Position numbers and translations under genes: made by a program. 64,000 nucleotides of DNA from the NCBI GenBank assembly GCA_964016885.1, contig OZ024763.1, positions 1,612,001 through 1,676,000 on the forward strand, given 5' to 3'. Under the pieces are notes generated by a model. That model was not told where the DNA came from. It did no database searches and was given only the letters and a program-made list of their open reading frames with translations. Origin of the DNA: Eledone cirrhosa (taxonomy: Eukaryota). Shown piece after piece: positions 11,465 to 26,200 of this stretch (position 1 is its first letter; each line of letters begins with the position of its first letter).

Positions 11465-12443
11465 CTACTAAAACTCTGTATTTGTGTGCTTGTCTGTAAT
11501 TTAATACAGCCAAAAGGGTGCATAAGGGGAAAATACTTTGAAAGGAAGTTGTCCCTGAAATGGGAATACAAATGGAATAAAACAAGTTTTGTGTAAATCG
11601 CAGCACGTGTTCCCAAGATACGGGGTTTTTCCGGGTACCTTCATAAATAGAGGGCGGGAAAGAGAGAGTGATTGTGACACACCCACACACTCATTACCAC
11701 ATACATATAAATGTACACACACAATTAAAACACATCTCCATACATATATAGAAATACCCCTTTGACACACACTACACATGCTCTCTCTATCTTTCTCTCG
11801 CACACAGTCACAGACACACACACTCACACACACCCACGCTCACACACCCACGCTCATACACACACACGCTCACACACACCTACACCCCCCCCCCCCCCCT
11901 TACAACCCCCTTACACCCCCCGTACACCCCCCTTTTTACACACGCCCTCTCACACACCCTCTCACACACACCCTCTCACACACACCCTCTCACACACACC
12001 CTCTCACGCACACCCACGCACACACACCCACGCACACACCCTCTCACCCCCCTCACACACCCTCACACTCTCTCTCACACTCTCTCTCTCACACTCTCTC
12101 TCTCACACTCTCTCTCTCACACTCTCTCTCTCACACTCTCTCTCTCACACTCTCTCTCTCACACTCTCTCTCTCACACTCTCTCTCTCACACACACTCTC
12201 TCACACACACACGCACACGCTCACACACAGTGAAATTCTGTATTTTAACATTTTGTAATTAAAAGTTAATTAGACAAATATTGGAAATTAATGATTGAAA
12301 TGTGTAATTTGTATATTGTGATGGTGATGGGGGTGTGTGACTTTGATCATTCTTATGATCATTACTAAGCTTATATGTATGTGTGTGTATATGTGTATAT
12401 ATGTGTGTGTATTGTGTGTGTGTATATATGTGTATAGGTGTTT

Positions 12444-14268
12444 GTAAAGTGATCATGTAGGTGTCATGACAAAAAGCACCCAGCACACTCTGTAAAGTGG
12501 ACGTGTAAAAAACATGACAAAAAGCACCCAGCACACTCTGTAAAGTGGACGTGTAAAGAACATGACAAAAAGCGCCCAGCCCACTCTGTAAAGTGGATGT
12601 GTAAAAAAACATGACAAAAAGCACCCAGCACACTCTGTAAAGTGGACGTGTAAAAAACATGACAAAAAGCACCCAGCACACTCTGTAAAGTGGACGTGTA
12701 AAAGACATAGCAAAAAGCACCCAGCACACTCTGTAAAGTGGACGTGTAAAAGACATAGCAAAAAGCACCCAGCACACTCTGTAAAGTGGACGTGTAAAAG
12801 ACATAGCAAAAAGCACCCAGCACACTCTGTAAAGTGGACGTGTAAAAGACATAGCAAAAAGCACCCAGCACACTCTGTAAAGTGGACGTGTAAAAAACAT
12901 GACAAAAAGCACCCAGCACACTCTGTAAAGTGGACGTGTAAAAAACATGACAAAAAGCACCCAGCACACTCTGTAAAGTGGACGTGTAAAAGACATAGCA
13001 AAAAGCACCCAGCACACTCTGTAAAGTGGACGTGTAAAAGACATAGCAAAAAGCACCCAGCACACTCTGTAAAGTGGACGTGTAAAAGACATAGCAAAAA
13101 GCACCCAGCACACTCTGTAAAGTGGACGTGTAAAAGACATAGCAAAAAGCACCCAGCACACTCTGTAAAGTGGACGTGTAAAAAACATGACAAAAAGCAC
13201 CCAGCACACTCTGTAAAGTGGACGTGTAAAAAACATGACAAAAAGCACCCAGCACACTCTGTAAAGTGAACGTGTAAAATAGATGACAAAAAGCACCCAG
13301 CACACTCTGTAAAGTGGACGTGTAAAAAACATGACAAAAAGCACCCAGCACACTCTGTAAAGTGGACGTGTAAAAAACATGACAAAAAGCACCCAGCACA
13401 CTCTGTAAAGTGGACGTGTAAAAAACATGACAAAAAGCGCCCAGCACACTCTGTAAAGTGAACGTGTAAAATAGATGACAAAAAGCACCCAGCACACTCT
13501 GTAAAGTGGACGTGTAAAAAACATGACAAAAAGCACCCAGCACACTCTGTAAAGTGGATGTGTAAAAAAACATGACAAAAAGCGCCCAGTACACTCTGTA
13601 AAGTGGACGTGTAAAAAACATGACAAAAAGCGCCCAGTACACTCTGTAAAGTGGATGTGTGAAAAACATGACAAAAAGCGCCCAGCACACTCTGTAAAGT
13701 GGACGTGTAAAAAAACATGACAAAAAGCGCCCAGTACACTCTGTAAAGTGGATGTGTGAAAAACATGACAAAAAGCGCCCAGCACACTCTGTAAAGTGGA
13801 GTGTAAAAAACATGACAAAAAGCGCCCAGCACACTCTGTAAAGTGGAGTGTAAAAAACATGACAAAAAGCGCCCAGTACACTCTGTAAAGTGGACGTGTA
13901 AAAGACATAGCAAAAAGCACCCAGTACACTCTGTAAAGTGGACATGTAAAAAACATGACAAAAAGCACCCAGCACACTCTGTAAAGTGGACGTGTAAAAG
14001 ACATAGCAAAAAGCACCCAGCACACTCTGTAAAGTGGACGTGTAAAAGACATAGCAAAAAGCACCCAGCACACTCTGTAAAGTGGACGTGTAAAAGACAT
14101 AGCAAAAAGCACCCAGCACACTCTGTCAATGTGGTTGGCGTTAGGAAGCGAGATACTGATCCCTGCCCTGGCTGGGAGATCAGTGGGCCCCATTTCAGTT
14201 CTGACTTTGTCTATGTAGACCCGTTCAACCCTTGCAGGCAGAGAAAGTGAGCATTAAAACAGTGATGA
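12444..14268 (+). mobile_element. RTE 3' UTR fragment hosting a 48-bp satellite
   Basis: The left flank (gatcatgtaggtgtcatgac) and right flank (gtggttggcgttaggaag...cccgttcaacccttgcaggcagag) are colinear with the RTE 3' UTR. Confidence 0.75.
12465..14126. repeat. 48-bp satellite, about 34-35 copies
   Basis: Unit CATGACAAAAAGCACCCAGCACACTCTGTAAAGTGGACGTGTAAAAAA; 16-aa ORF periodicity. Confidence 0.97.
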
Positions 14269-14323
14269 AACCTAACAATGGAAGCTATCATGATGATTCT
14301 AGTTTTCTGGGGCTCATGTTTAA

Positions 14324-15760
14324 CCCCTTAACATTTCCTTACTCTATATATACTATTGTATTTTCACAGTAAAGGCTTTACCTCACATAATACCTCACAT
14401 AACATTTACATTACTCTATATTTACTATTGTATTTTCACAGTAAAGTCTTTACCTCACATAATATCTCACATAACATTTACATTACTCTATATATACTAT
14501 TGTATTTTCACAGTAAAGGCTTTACCTCACATAATATCTCACATAACATTTACATTACTCTATATTTACTATTGTATTTTCACAGTAAAGGTTTTACCTT
14601 ACATAATATCTCGCATAACATTTACATTACTCTATATATACTATTGTATTTTCACAGTAAAGGCTTTACCTCACATAATATCTCACATAACATTTACATT
14701 ACTCTATATTTACTATTGTATTTTCCCAGTAAAGGCTTTATCTCACATAATATCTCATATAACATTTACATTACTCTATATATACTATTGTATTTTCACA
14801 GTAAAGGCTTTACCTCACATAATATCTCGCATAACATTTACATTACTCTATATTTACTATTGTATTTTCACAGTAAAGGTTTTACCTTACATAATATCTC
14901 ACGTAACATTTACATTACTCTATATATACTATTGTATTTTCACAGTAAAGGCTTTACCTCACATAATATCTCACATAACATTTACATTACTCTATATTTA
15001 CTATTGTATTTTCACAGTAAAGGTTTTACCTTACATAATATCTCGCATAACATTTACATTACTCTATATATACTATTGTATTTTCACAGTAAAGGCTTTA
15101 CCTCACATAATATCTCACATAACATTTACATTACTCTATATTTACTATTGTATTTTCCCAGTAAAGGCTTTATCTCACATAATATCTCACATAACATTTA
15201 CATTACTCTATATATACTATTGTATTTTCACAGTAAAGGCTTTACCTCACATAATATCTCACATAACATTTACATTACTCTATATTTACTATTGTATTTT
15301 CACAGTAAAGGCTTTACCTTACATAATATCTCATAACATTTACATTACTCTATATATACTATTGTATTTTCACAGTAAAGTCTTTACCTCACATAATATC
15401 TCACATAACATTTACATTACTCTTTATATACTATTGTATTTTCACAGTAAAGTCTTTACCTCACATAATATCTCACATAACATTTACATTACTCTATATA
15501 TACTATTGTATTTTCACAGTAAAGTCTTTACCTCACATAATATCTCACATAACATTTACATTACTCTTTATATACTATTGTATTTTCACAGTAAAGTCTT
15601 TACCTCACATAATACCTCACATAACATTTACATTACTCTATATTTATACTATTGTATTTTCACAGTAAAGTCTTTACCTCACATATCTCACATAACATTT
15701 ACATTACTCTATATTTATACTATTATATTTTCACAGTAAAGGCTTTACCTCACGTAATAT
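14324..15760. repeat. 72-bp satellite, about 20 copies, starting at a TTAA-CCC MITE end
   Basis: 24-aa ORF periodicity. Begins ttaacccc-ttaacattt; the unit matches the interior of the MITEs at 38547 and 56464. Confidence 0.95.
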
Positions 15761-15950
15761 AAAATAAAATACCAATCAAGTATTGGGTTTGTTTTAATCA
15801 ACTTTCCCCTCTCCCAAAAAAACATTTGCTGGCCTTGTGTTTAAAATAGAAACCATTGCAGATTTCTATCTGCTTCAGTTACTAAACACAATTCTCTCTC
15901 CCTACCCCTCACTCTCCCCCCTCTCCCCTCTCTCCCTACCCCTCTCTCCC

Positions 15951-15994
<44 letters not shown>

Positions 15995-16328
15995 CCTCAC
16001 TATCTCTCTCTCCCTACACCTCACACACTCTCTCCCCCTACCCTTCACTCTCTCTCCCTACACCTCTCACACTCTCTCCCTACACTCCTCTCTCTCTACC
16101 CCCCCCCACACACACATCCCCCACTCCCCACATCCCCCACTCCCCCACACACCCCTCACACCCACTCCGTCCCCACCACCAGAGTCTGTCCCCACCACCT
16201 CCTATGTTTCCACAATGTTACAAGCTAGGCAACAATATGCAAATATCTTCAAGTTTTCCAAAATGGAGGTTTTTTGAAACCCTTTCATTAGATTAATGCT
16301 CTAGTAATTTTCTCATGAAATATGTAAA

Positions 16329-17095
16329 TTGCTGTTGTTGCTGTTGTTATTGTTGTTGTTGCTGGTGTTGTTGTTGCTATTGTTGGTGTTGTTGTTGTTG
16401 CTGGTGTTGGTGTTGGTGTTGGTGTAGGTGATGGTGTTGGTGTTGTAAGTGATGGTGTTGGTGTTGGTGTTGCTATTGTTGGTGTAGGTGATGGTGTTGG
16501 TGTTGTTGGTGTTGCTATTGCTGGTGTTGGTGGTGTTGTTGTTGGTGGTGTTGGTGTTGTAAGTGATGGTGTTGGTGTTGTTGGTGTTGGTGGTGTTGGT
16601 GTTGTAAGTGATGGTGTTGGTGTTGTTGGTGTAGGTGATGGTGTTGGTGTTGCTATTGCTGGTGTTAGTGTTGTTGGTGTTGTTGTTGCTGGTGTTGGTG
16701 GTGCTGGTGTTGGTGGTGTTGTTGATGTTGCTGGTGTTGGTGTTGGTGTTGATGGTGTTGTTGTTGTTGCTGTTGTTGCTGGTGATAGTGTTGGTGTTGT
16801 TGTTGTTGTTGTTGTAGCTGGTGATGGTGTTGTTGTAGCTGGTGTTGTTGTTGTTGCTGGTGATGGTGTTGTTGTTGTTGTTGTTGTTTTTGTTTTTGTT
16901 GCTGGTGTTGGTGTTGTTGTTGCTGGTGTTGGTGTTGTTGTTGCTGCTGGTGTTGCTATTGTTGGTGTTGATGTTGTTGATGATGTTGGTGTTGTTGTTA
17001 TTGCTGCTGTTGTTGTTGTTGTCATTGTTGTTGTTGGTGGTGTTCTTACTGGTTGTTGTTACTGTTGTTATTGTTGGTATTGTTGTTATTACAAC
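16329..17095. repeat. Compound (GTT/GGT/GCT)n trinucleotide repeat
   Basis: Direct reading. Confidence 0.95.
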
Positions 17096-17270
17096 TATTA
17101 TTATGATTGAATATAGTAATTATTATTATTTATAAATCATCACTATCATCATCATCATCATCATCATGGATGTTAAATGCTGATTTATATAGCTAATGGT
17201 GTTACTGATGATGATGATATGATAATGAAGAGGAAAGAGAAAGTTGGAGGCGGAAGTTGAAGAAATAGAG

Positions 17271-20260
17271 AGCAAAGGTGAAGAAGAATGAGATGAAGGA
17301 AGCAAAGGTGAAGGAGAATGAAAGGAAGGAAGGAAAGGTGAAGAAGAATGAGATGAAGGAAGCAAAGGTGAAGAAGAATGAGATGAAGGAAGCAAAGGTG
17401 AAGGAGAATGAGATGAAGGAAGGAAAGGTGAAGGAGAATGAAAGGAAGGAAGGAAAGGTGAAGAAGAATGAGATGAAGGAAGGAAAGGTGAAGAAGAATG
17501 AGATGAAGGAAGCAAAGGTGAAGAAGAATGAGATGAAGGAAGGAAAGGTGAATGAAAGGAAGGAAGGAAAGGTGAAGAAGAATGAGATGAAGGAAGCAAA
17601 GGTGAAGGAGAATGAGATGAAGGAAGGAAAGGTGAAGGAGAATGAGATGAAGGAAGGAAAGGTGAAGAAGAATGAGATGAAGGAAGGAAAGGTGAAGAAG
17701 AATGAGATGAAGGAAGCAAAGGTGAAGAAGAATGAGATGAAGGAAGCAAAGGTGAAGAAGAATGAGATGAAGGAAGGAAAGGTGAATGAAAGGAAGGAAG
17801 GAAAGGTGAAGAAGAATGAGATGAAGGAAGCAAAGGTGAAGGAGAATGAGATGAAGGAAGGAAAGGTGAAGGAGAATGAGATGAAGGAAGGAAAGGTGAA
17901 GAAGAATGAGATGAAGGAAGGAAAGGTGAAGAAGAATGAGATGAAGGAAGCAAAGGTGAAGAAGAATGAGATGAAGGAAGGAAAGGTGAATGAAAGGAAG
18001 GAAGGAAAGGTGAAGAAGAATGAGATGAAGGAAGGAAAGGTGAAGAAGAATGAGATGAAGGAAGCAAAGGTGAAGGAGAATGAGATGAAGGAAGGAAAGG
18101 TGAAGGAGAATGAGATGAAGGAAGGAAAGGTGAAGAAGAATGAGATGAAGGAAGGAAAGGTGAAGAAGAATGAGATGAAGGAAGCAAAGGTGAAGAAGAA
18201 TGAGATGAAGGAAGGAAAGGTGAATGAAAGGAAGGAAGGAAAGGTGAAGAAGAATGAGATGAAGGAAGCAAAGGTGAAGGAGAATGAGATGAAGGAAGGA
18301 AAGGTGAAGGAGAATGAGATGAAGGAAGGAAAGGTGAAGAAGAATGAGATGAAGGAAGGAAAGGTGAAGAAGAATGAGATGAAGGAAGCAAAGGTGAAGA
18401 AGAATGAGATGAAGGAAGGAAAGGTGAATGAAAGGAAGGAAGGAAAGGTGAAGAAGAATGAGATGAAGGAAGGAAAGGTGAAGAAGAATGAGATGAAGGA
18501 AGCAAAGGTGAAGAAGAATGAGATGAAGGAAGGAAAGGTGAAGGAGAATGAAAGGAAGGAAGGAAAGGTGAAGAAGAATGAGATGAAGGAAGGAAAGGTG
18601 AAGAAGAATGAGATGAAGGAAGCAAAGGTGAAGAAGAATGAGATGAAGGAAGGAAAGGTGAAGAAGAATGAGATGAAGGAAGCAAAGGTGAAGAAGAATG
18701 AGATGAAGGAAGCAAAGGTGAAGAAGAATGAGATGAAGGAAGCAAAGGTGAAGGAGAATGAAAGGAAGGAAGGAAAGGTGAAGAAGAATGAAAGGAAGGA
18801 AGGAAAGGTGAAGAAGAATGAGATGAAGGAAGGAAAGGTGAAGAAGAATGAGATGAAGGAAGGAAAGGTGAAGAAGAATGAAAGGAAAGAAGGAAACAGG
18901 TGAAAATGTAGAGGAAGAAGAATAAGTTGAAGAAGAATATAAAGAAAAGACAAAAATGAATGAGAGGAAGAAGAATGACAAGAATAAGGTGAACATGTAG
19001 AGGAAGGAGATGAAGGATAAGATGAAGAATGAGGTGAAGAATGAGATGATGAAGAAGGAATAGAATTGGAAGACAAAGGTGAAGGAAGGAATAAAAGGAA
19101 AAGACAAAGGTGATGGAGAGGAAGGAGAATTAAAAGGTAAAGGTGAAGGAAGGAATAGAATGAAAAGACAAAGGAGGTGGTGTAGGGGAATTAGAAGGTG
19201 AAGGAAGGAACGAAAGACAAAGGAGGTGGTGAAGGAGAATTAGAAGGTAAAGGTGAAGGAGAATGAGATGAAGGAAGGAAAGGTGAAGGAGAATGAGATG
19301 AAGGAAGGAAAGGTGAAGAAGAATGAGATGAAGGAAGGAAAGGTGAAGAAGAATGAGATGAAGGAAGCAAAGGTGAAGAAGAATGAGATGAAGGAAGGAA
19401 AGGTGAATGAAAGGAAGGAAGGAAAGGTGAAGAAGAATGAGATGAAGGAAGGAAAGGTGAAGAAGAATGAGATGAAGGAAGCAAAGGTGAAGAAGAATGA
19501 GATGAAGGAAGGAAAGGTGAAGGAGAATGAAAGGAAGGAAGGAAAGGTGAAGAAGAATGAGATGAAGGAAGGAAAGGTGAAGAAGAATGAGATGAAGGAA
19601 GCAAAGGTGAAGAAGAATGAGATGAAGGAAGGAAAGGTGAAGAAGAATGAGATGAAGGAAGCAAAGGTGAAGAAGAATGAGATGAAGGAAGCAAAGGTGA
19701 AGAAGAATGAGATGAAGGAAGCAAAGGTGAAGGAGAATGAAAGGAAGGAAGGAAAGGTGAAGAAGAATGAAAGGAAGGAAGGAAAGGTGAAGAAGAATGA
19801 AAGGAAGGAAGGAAAGGTGAAGAAGAATGAGATGAAGGAAGGAAAGGTGAAGAAGAATGAGATGAAGGAAGGAAAGGTGAAGAAGAATGAAAGGAAAGAA
19901 GGAAACAGGTGAAAATGTAGAGGAAGAAGAATAAGTTGAAGAAGAATATAAAGAAAAGACAAAAATGAATGAGAGGAAGAAGAATGACAAGAATAAGGTG
20001 AACATGTAGAGGAAGGAGATGAAGGATAAGATGAAGAATGAGGTGAAGAATGAGATGATGAAGAAGGAATAGAATTGGAAGACAAAGGTGAAGGAAGGAA
20101 TAAAAGGAAAAGACAAAGGTGATGGAGAGGAAGGAGAATTAAAAGGTAAAGGTGAAGGAAGGAATAGAATGAAAAGACAAAGGAGGTGGTGTAGGGGAAT
20201 TAGAAGGTGAAGGAAGGAACGAAAGACAAAGGAGGTGGTGAAGGAGAATTAGAAGGTAAA
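17271..20260. repeat. 30-bp purine-rich satellite with a ~1009-bp higher-order duplication
   Basis: Unit AG(C/G)AAAGGTGAAGAAGAATGAGATGAAGGA. The complex block starting ggaaacaggtgaaaatgtag occurs at 18892 and 19901. Confidence 0.95.
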
Positions 20261-23200
20261 GGTGAAGGAAGGAATGAAAGACAAAGGTGAAGGAATGGAA
20301 TGAAAGACAAGAGGTGTAGGAAGGAGAATTAGAAGACAAAGATGAAGGAAGGAATAGAATGAAAGACAAAGGTGAAGGAAGGAATGAAAGACAAAAGAGG
20401 TGTAGGAAGGAATAGAATGAAAGACAAGAGGTGTAGGAAGGAGAATTAGAAGACAAAGATGAAGGAAGGAATAGAATGAAAGACAAAGGTGAAGGAAGGA
20501 ATGAAAGACAAAGGTGAAGGAAGGAATGAAAGACAAAAGAGGTGTAGGAAGGAATAGAATGAAAGACAAAGGTGAAGGAATAGAATGAAAGACAAAGGTG
20601 AAGGAATAGAATGAAAGACAAAGGTGAAGGAAGGAATAGAATGAAAGACAAAGGTGAAGGAATGGAATGAAAGACAGAGGTGAAGGAATGGAATGAAAGA
20701 CAAAGGTGAAGGAATGGAATGAAAGACAAAAGAGGTGTAGGAAGGAGAATTAGAAGACAAAGGTGAAAGAAGGAATAGAATGAAAGACAAAGGTGAAAGA
20801 AGGAATAGAATGAAAGACAAAGGTGAAGGAAGGAATGAAAGACAAAGGTGAAAGAAGGAATGAAAGACAAAAGAGGTGTAGGAAGGAATAGAATGAAAGA
20901 CAAAGGTGAAGGAATAGAATGAAAGACAAAGGTGAAGGAATAGAATGAAAGACAAAGGTGAAGGAAGGAATAGAATGAAAGACAAAGGTGAAGGAATGGA
21001 ATGAAAGACAGAGGTGAAGGAATGGAATGAAAGACAAAAGAGGTGTAGGAAGGAGAATTAGAAGACAAAGGTGAAAGAAGGAATAGAATGAAAGACAAAG
21101 GTGAAGGAATGGAATGAAAGACAGAGGTGAAGGAATGGAATGAAAGACAAAAGAGGTGTAGGAAGGAGAATTAGAAGACAAAGGTGAAAGAAGGAATAGA
21201 ATGAAAGACAGAGGTGAAGGAATGGAATGAAAGACAAAGGTGAAGGAATGGAATGAAAGACAAAGGTGAAGGAATGGAATGAAAGACAAAGGTGAAGGAA
21301 TAGAATGAAAGACAAAGGTGAAGGAATAGAATGAAAGACAAAGGTGAAGGAATAGAATGAAAGACAAAGGTGAAGGAATAGAATTAGAAGACAAAGGTGA
21401 AAGAAGGAATAGAATGAAAGACAAAGGTGAAGGAATGGAATGAAAGACAAAAGAGGTGTAGGAAGGAGAATTAGAAGACAAAGGTGAAAGAAGGAATAGA
21501 ATGAAAGACAAAGGTGAAAGAAGGAATAGAATGAAAGACAGAGGTGAAGGAATGGAATGAAAGACAAAGGTGAAGGAATGGAATGAAAGACAAAGGTGAA
21601 GGAATGGAATGAAAGACAAAGGTGAAGGAATAGAATGAAAGACAAAGGTGAAGGAATAGAATGAAAGACAAAGGTGAAGGAATAGAATGAAAGACAAAGG
21701 TGAAGGAATAGAATTAGAAGACAAAGGTGAAAGAAGGAATAGAATGAAAGACAAAGGTGAAGGAATGGAATGAAAGACAAAAGAGGTGTAGGAAGGAGAA
21801 TTAGAAGACAAAGGTGAAAGAAGGAATAGAATGAAAGACAAAGGTGAAGGAATGGAATGAAAGACAAAGGTGAAGGAATAGAATGAAAGACAAAGGTGAA
21901 GGAAGGAATAGAATGAAAGACAAAGGTGAAGGAATAGAATGAAAGACAAAGGTGAAGGAATGGAATGAAAGACAAAAGAGGTGTAGGAAGGAGAATTAGA
22001 AGACAATGGTGAAAGAAGGAATAGAATGAAAGACAGAGGTGAAGGAATGGAATGAAAGACAAAGGTGAAGGAATAGAATGAAAGACAAAGGTGAAGGAAG
22101 GAATAGAATGAAAGACAAAGGTGAAGGAATAGAATGAAAGACAAAGGTGAAGGAATGGAATGAAAGACAAAAGAGGTGTAGGAAGGAGAATTAGAAGACA
22201 ATGGTGAAAGAAGGAATAGAATGAAAGACAAAGGTGAAGGAATGGAATGAAAGACAGAGGTGAAGGAATGGAATGAAAGACAAAGGTGAAGGAATGGAAT
22301 GAAAGACAAAAGAGGTGTAGGAAGGAGAATTAGAAGACAATGGTGAAAGAAGGAATGGAATGAAAGACAGAGGTGAAGGAATGGAATGAAAGACAAAGGT
22401 GAAGGAATAGAATGAAAGACAAAGGTGAAGGAATGGAATGAAAGACAAAGGTGAAGGAATGGAATGAAAGACAAAGGTGAAGGAATGGAATGAAAGACAA
22501 AGGTGAAGGAATGGAATGAAAGACAAAGGTGAAGGAATGGAATGAAAGACAAAGGTGAAGGAATGGAATGAAAGACAAAGGTGAAGGAATAGAATGAAAG
22601 ACAAAGGTGAAGGAATGGAATGAAAGACAAAAGAGGTGTAGGAAGGAGAATTAGAAGACAATGGTGAAAGAAGGAATAGAATGAAAGACAAAGGTGAAGG
22701 AATGGAATGAAAGACAGAGGTGAAGGAATGGAATGAAAGACAAAGGTGAAGGAATGGAATGAAAGACAAAAGAGGTGTAGGAAGGAGAATTAGAAGACAA
22801 TGGTGAAAGAAGGAATGGAATGAAAGACAGAGGTGAAGGAATGGAATGAAAGACAAAGGTGAAGGAATAGAATGAAAGACAAAGGTGAAGGAATGGAATG
22901 AAAGACAAAGGTGAAGGAATGGAATGAAAGACAAAGGTGAAGGAATGGAATGAAAGACAAAGGTGAAGGAATGGAATGAAAGACAAAGGTGAAGGAATGG
23001 AATGAAAGACAAAGGTGAAGGAATGGAATGAAAGACAAAGGTGAAGGAATGGAATGAAAGACAAAGGTGAAGGAATGGAATGAAAGACAAAGGTGAAGGA
23101 ATGGAATGAAAGACAAAGGTGAAGGAATGGAATGAAAGACAAAAGAGGTGTAGGAAGGAGAATTAGAAGACAATGGTGAAAGAAGGAATAGAATGAAAGA

Positions 23201-26200
23201 CAAAGGTGAAGGAATGGAATGAAAGACAGAGGTGAAGGAATGGAATGAAAGACAAAGGTGAAGGAATGGAATGAAAGACAAAAGAGGTGTAGGAAGGAGA
23301 ATTAGAAGACAATGGTGAAAGAAGGAATAGAATGAAAGACAAAGGTGAAGGAATGGAATGAAAGACAGAGGTGAAGGAATGGAATGAAAGACAAAGGTGA
23401 AGGAATGGAATGAAAGACAGAGGTGAAGGAATGGAATGAAAGACAAAGGTGAAGGAATGGAATGAAAGACAAAAGAGGTGTAGGAAGGAGAATTAGAAGA
23501 CAATGGTGAAAGAAGGAATGGAATGAAAGACAGAGGTGAAGGAATGGAATGAAAGACAAAGGTGAAGGAATAGAATGAAAGACAAAGGTGAAGGAATGGA
23601 ATGAAAGACAAAGGTGAAGGAATGGAATGAAAGACAAAGGTGAAGGAATGGAATGAAAGACAAAGGTGAAGGAATGGAATGAAAGACAAAGGTGAAGGAA
23701 TGGAATGAAAGGCAGAGGTGAAGGAATAGAATGAAAGACAAAGGTGAAGGAATGGAATGAAAGACAAAGGTGAAGGAATGGAATGAAAGACAAAGGTGAA
23801 GGAATGGAATGAAAGACAAAGGTGAAGGAATGGAATGAAAGACAAAGGTGAAGGAATGGAATGAAAGACAAAGGTGAAGGAATGGAATGAAAGACAAAGG
23901 TGAAGGAATAGAATGAAAGACAAAGGTGAAGGAATAGAATGAAAGACAGAGGTGAAGGAATGGAATGAAAGACAAAGGTGAAGGAATGGAATGAAAGACA
24001 AAGGTGAAGGAATGGAATGAAAGACAAAGGTGAAGGAATAGAATGAAAGACAAAGGTGAAGGAATAGAATGAAAGACAAAGGTGAAGGAATGGAATGAAA
24101 GACAAAGGTGAAGGAATGGAATGAAAGACAAAGGTGAAGGAATGGAATGAAAGACAAAGGTGAAGGAATGGAATGAAAGACAAAGGTGAAGGAATGGAAT
24201 GAAAGACAAAGGTGAAGGAATAGAATGAAAGACAAAGGTGAAGGAATGGAATGAAAGACAAAGGTGAAGGAATGGAATGAAAGACAAAAGAGGTGTAGGA
24301 AGGAGAATTAGAAGACAATGGTGAAAGAAGGAATAGAATGAAAGACAAAGGTGAAGGAATGGAATGAAAGACAGAGGTGAAGGAATGGAATGAAAGACAA
24401 AGGTGAAGGAATGGAATGAAAGACAAAGGTGAAGGAATGGAATGAAAGACAAAGGTGAAGGAATGGAATGAAAGACAGAGGTGAAGGAATGGAATGAAAG
24501 ACAAAGGTGAAGGAATGGAATGAAAGACAAAGGTGAAGGAATGGAATGAAAGACAAAGGTGAAGGAATAGAATGAAAGACAAAGGTGAAGGAATGGAATG
24601 AAAGACAAAGGTGAAGGAATGGAATGAAAGACAAAAGAGGTGTAGGAAGGAGAATTAGAAGACAATGGTGAAAGAAGGAATAGAATGAAAGACAAAGGTG
24701 AAGGAATGGAATGAAAGACAGAGGTGAAGGAATGGAATGAAAGACAAAGGTGAAGGAATGGAATGAAAGACAGAGGTGAAGGAATGGAATGAAAGACAAA
24801 GGTGAAGGAATGGAATGAAAGACAAAAGAGGTGTAGGAAGGAGAATTAGAAGACAATGGTGAAAGAAGGAATAGAATGAAAGACAAAGGTGAAGGAATGG
24901 AATGAAAGACAGAGGTGAAGGAATGGAATGAAAGACAAAGGTGAAGGAATGGAATGAAAGACAGAGGTGAAGGAATGGAATGAAAGACAAAGGTGAAGGA
25001 ATGGAATGAAAGACAAAAGAGGTGTAGGAAGGAGAATTAGAAGACAATGGTGAAAGAAGGAATGGAATGAAAGACAGAGGTGAAGGAATGGAATGAAAGA
25101 CAAAGGTGAAGGAATAGAATGAAAGACAAAGGTGAAGGAATGGAATGAAAGACAAAGGTGAAGGAATGGAATGAAAGACAAAGGTGAAGGAATGGAATGA
25201 AAGACAAAGGTGAAGGAATGGAATGAAAGACAAAGGTGAAGGAATGGAATGAAAGACAAAGGTGAAGGAATGGAATGAAAGACAAAGGTGAAGGAATAGA
25301 ATGAAAGACAAAGGTGAAGGAATGGAATGAAAGACAAAGGTGAAGGAATGGAATGAAAGACAAAGGTGAAGGAATGGAATGAAAGACAAAGGTGAAGGAA
25401 TGGAATGAAAGACAAAGGTGAAGGAATGGAATGAAAGACAAAGGTGAAGGAATGGAATGAAAGACAAAGGTGAAGGAATGGAATGAAAGACAAAAGAGGT
25501 GTAGGAAGGAGAATTAGAAGACAAAGGTGAAAGAAGGAATAGAATGAAAGACAAAGGTGAAGGAAGGAATAAAATGAAAGACAAAGGTGAAGGAATGGAA
25601 TGAAAGACAAAGGTGAAGGAAGGAATAGAATGAAAGACAAAGGTGAAGGAATGGAATGAAAGACAAAGGTGAAGGAAGGAATAGAATGAAAGACAAAGGT
25701 GAAGGAATAGAATGAAAGACAAAGGTGAAGGAATGGAATGAAAGACAAAGGTGAAGGAATAGAATGAAAGACAAAGGTGAAGGAATGGAATGAAAGACAA
25801 AGGTGAAGGAAGGAATAGAATGAAAGACAAAGGTGAAGGAATAGAATGAAAGACAAAGGTGAAGGAATGGAATGAAAGACAAAGGTGAAGGAATAGAATG
25901 AAAGACAAAGGTGAAGGAATGGAATGAAAGACAAAGGTGAAGGAAGGAATAGAATGAAAGACAAAGGTGAAGGAATAGAATGAAAGACAAAGGTGAAGGA
26001 ATGGAATGAAAGACAAAGGTGAAGGAATAGAATGAAAGACAAAGGTGAAGGAATGGAATGAAAGACAAAGGTGAAGGAATAGAATGAAAGACAAAGGTGA
26101 AGGAATGGAATGAAAGACAAAGGTGAAGGAATGGAATGAAAGACAAAGGTGAAGGAATGGAATGAAAGACAGAGGTGAAGGAATGGAATGAAAGACAAAG

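Noticed and set aside
16288-17025. Mucin-like Thr/Pro ORF (also 47849-48904 and 60502-61062)
   Set aside because: Compound trinucleotide repeats open in multiple frames, with no non-repetitive coding flank.
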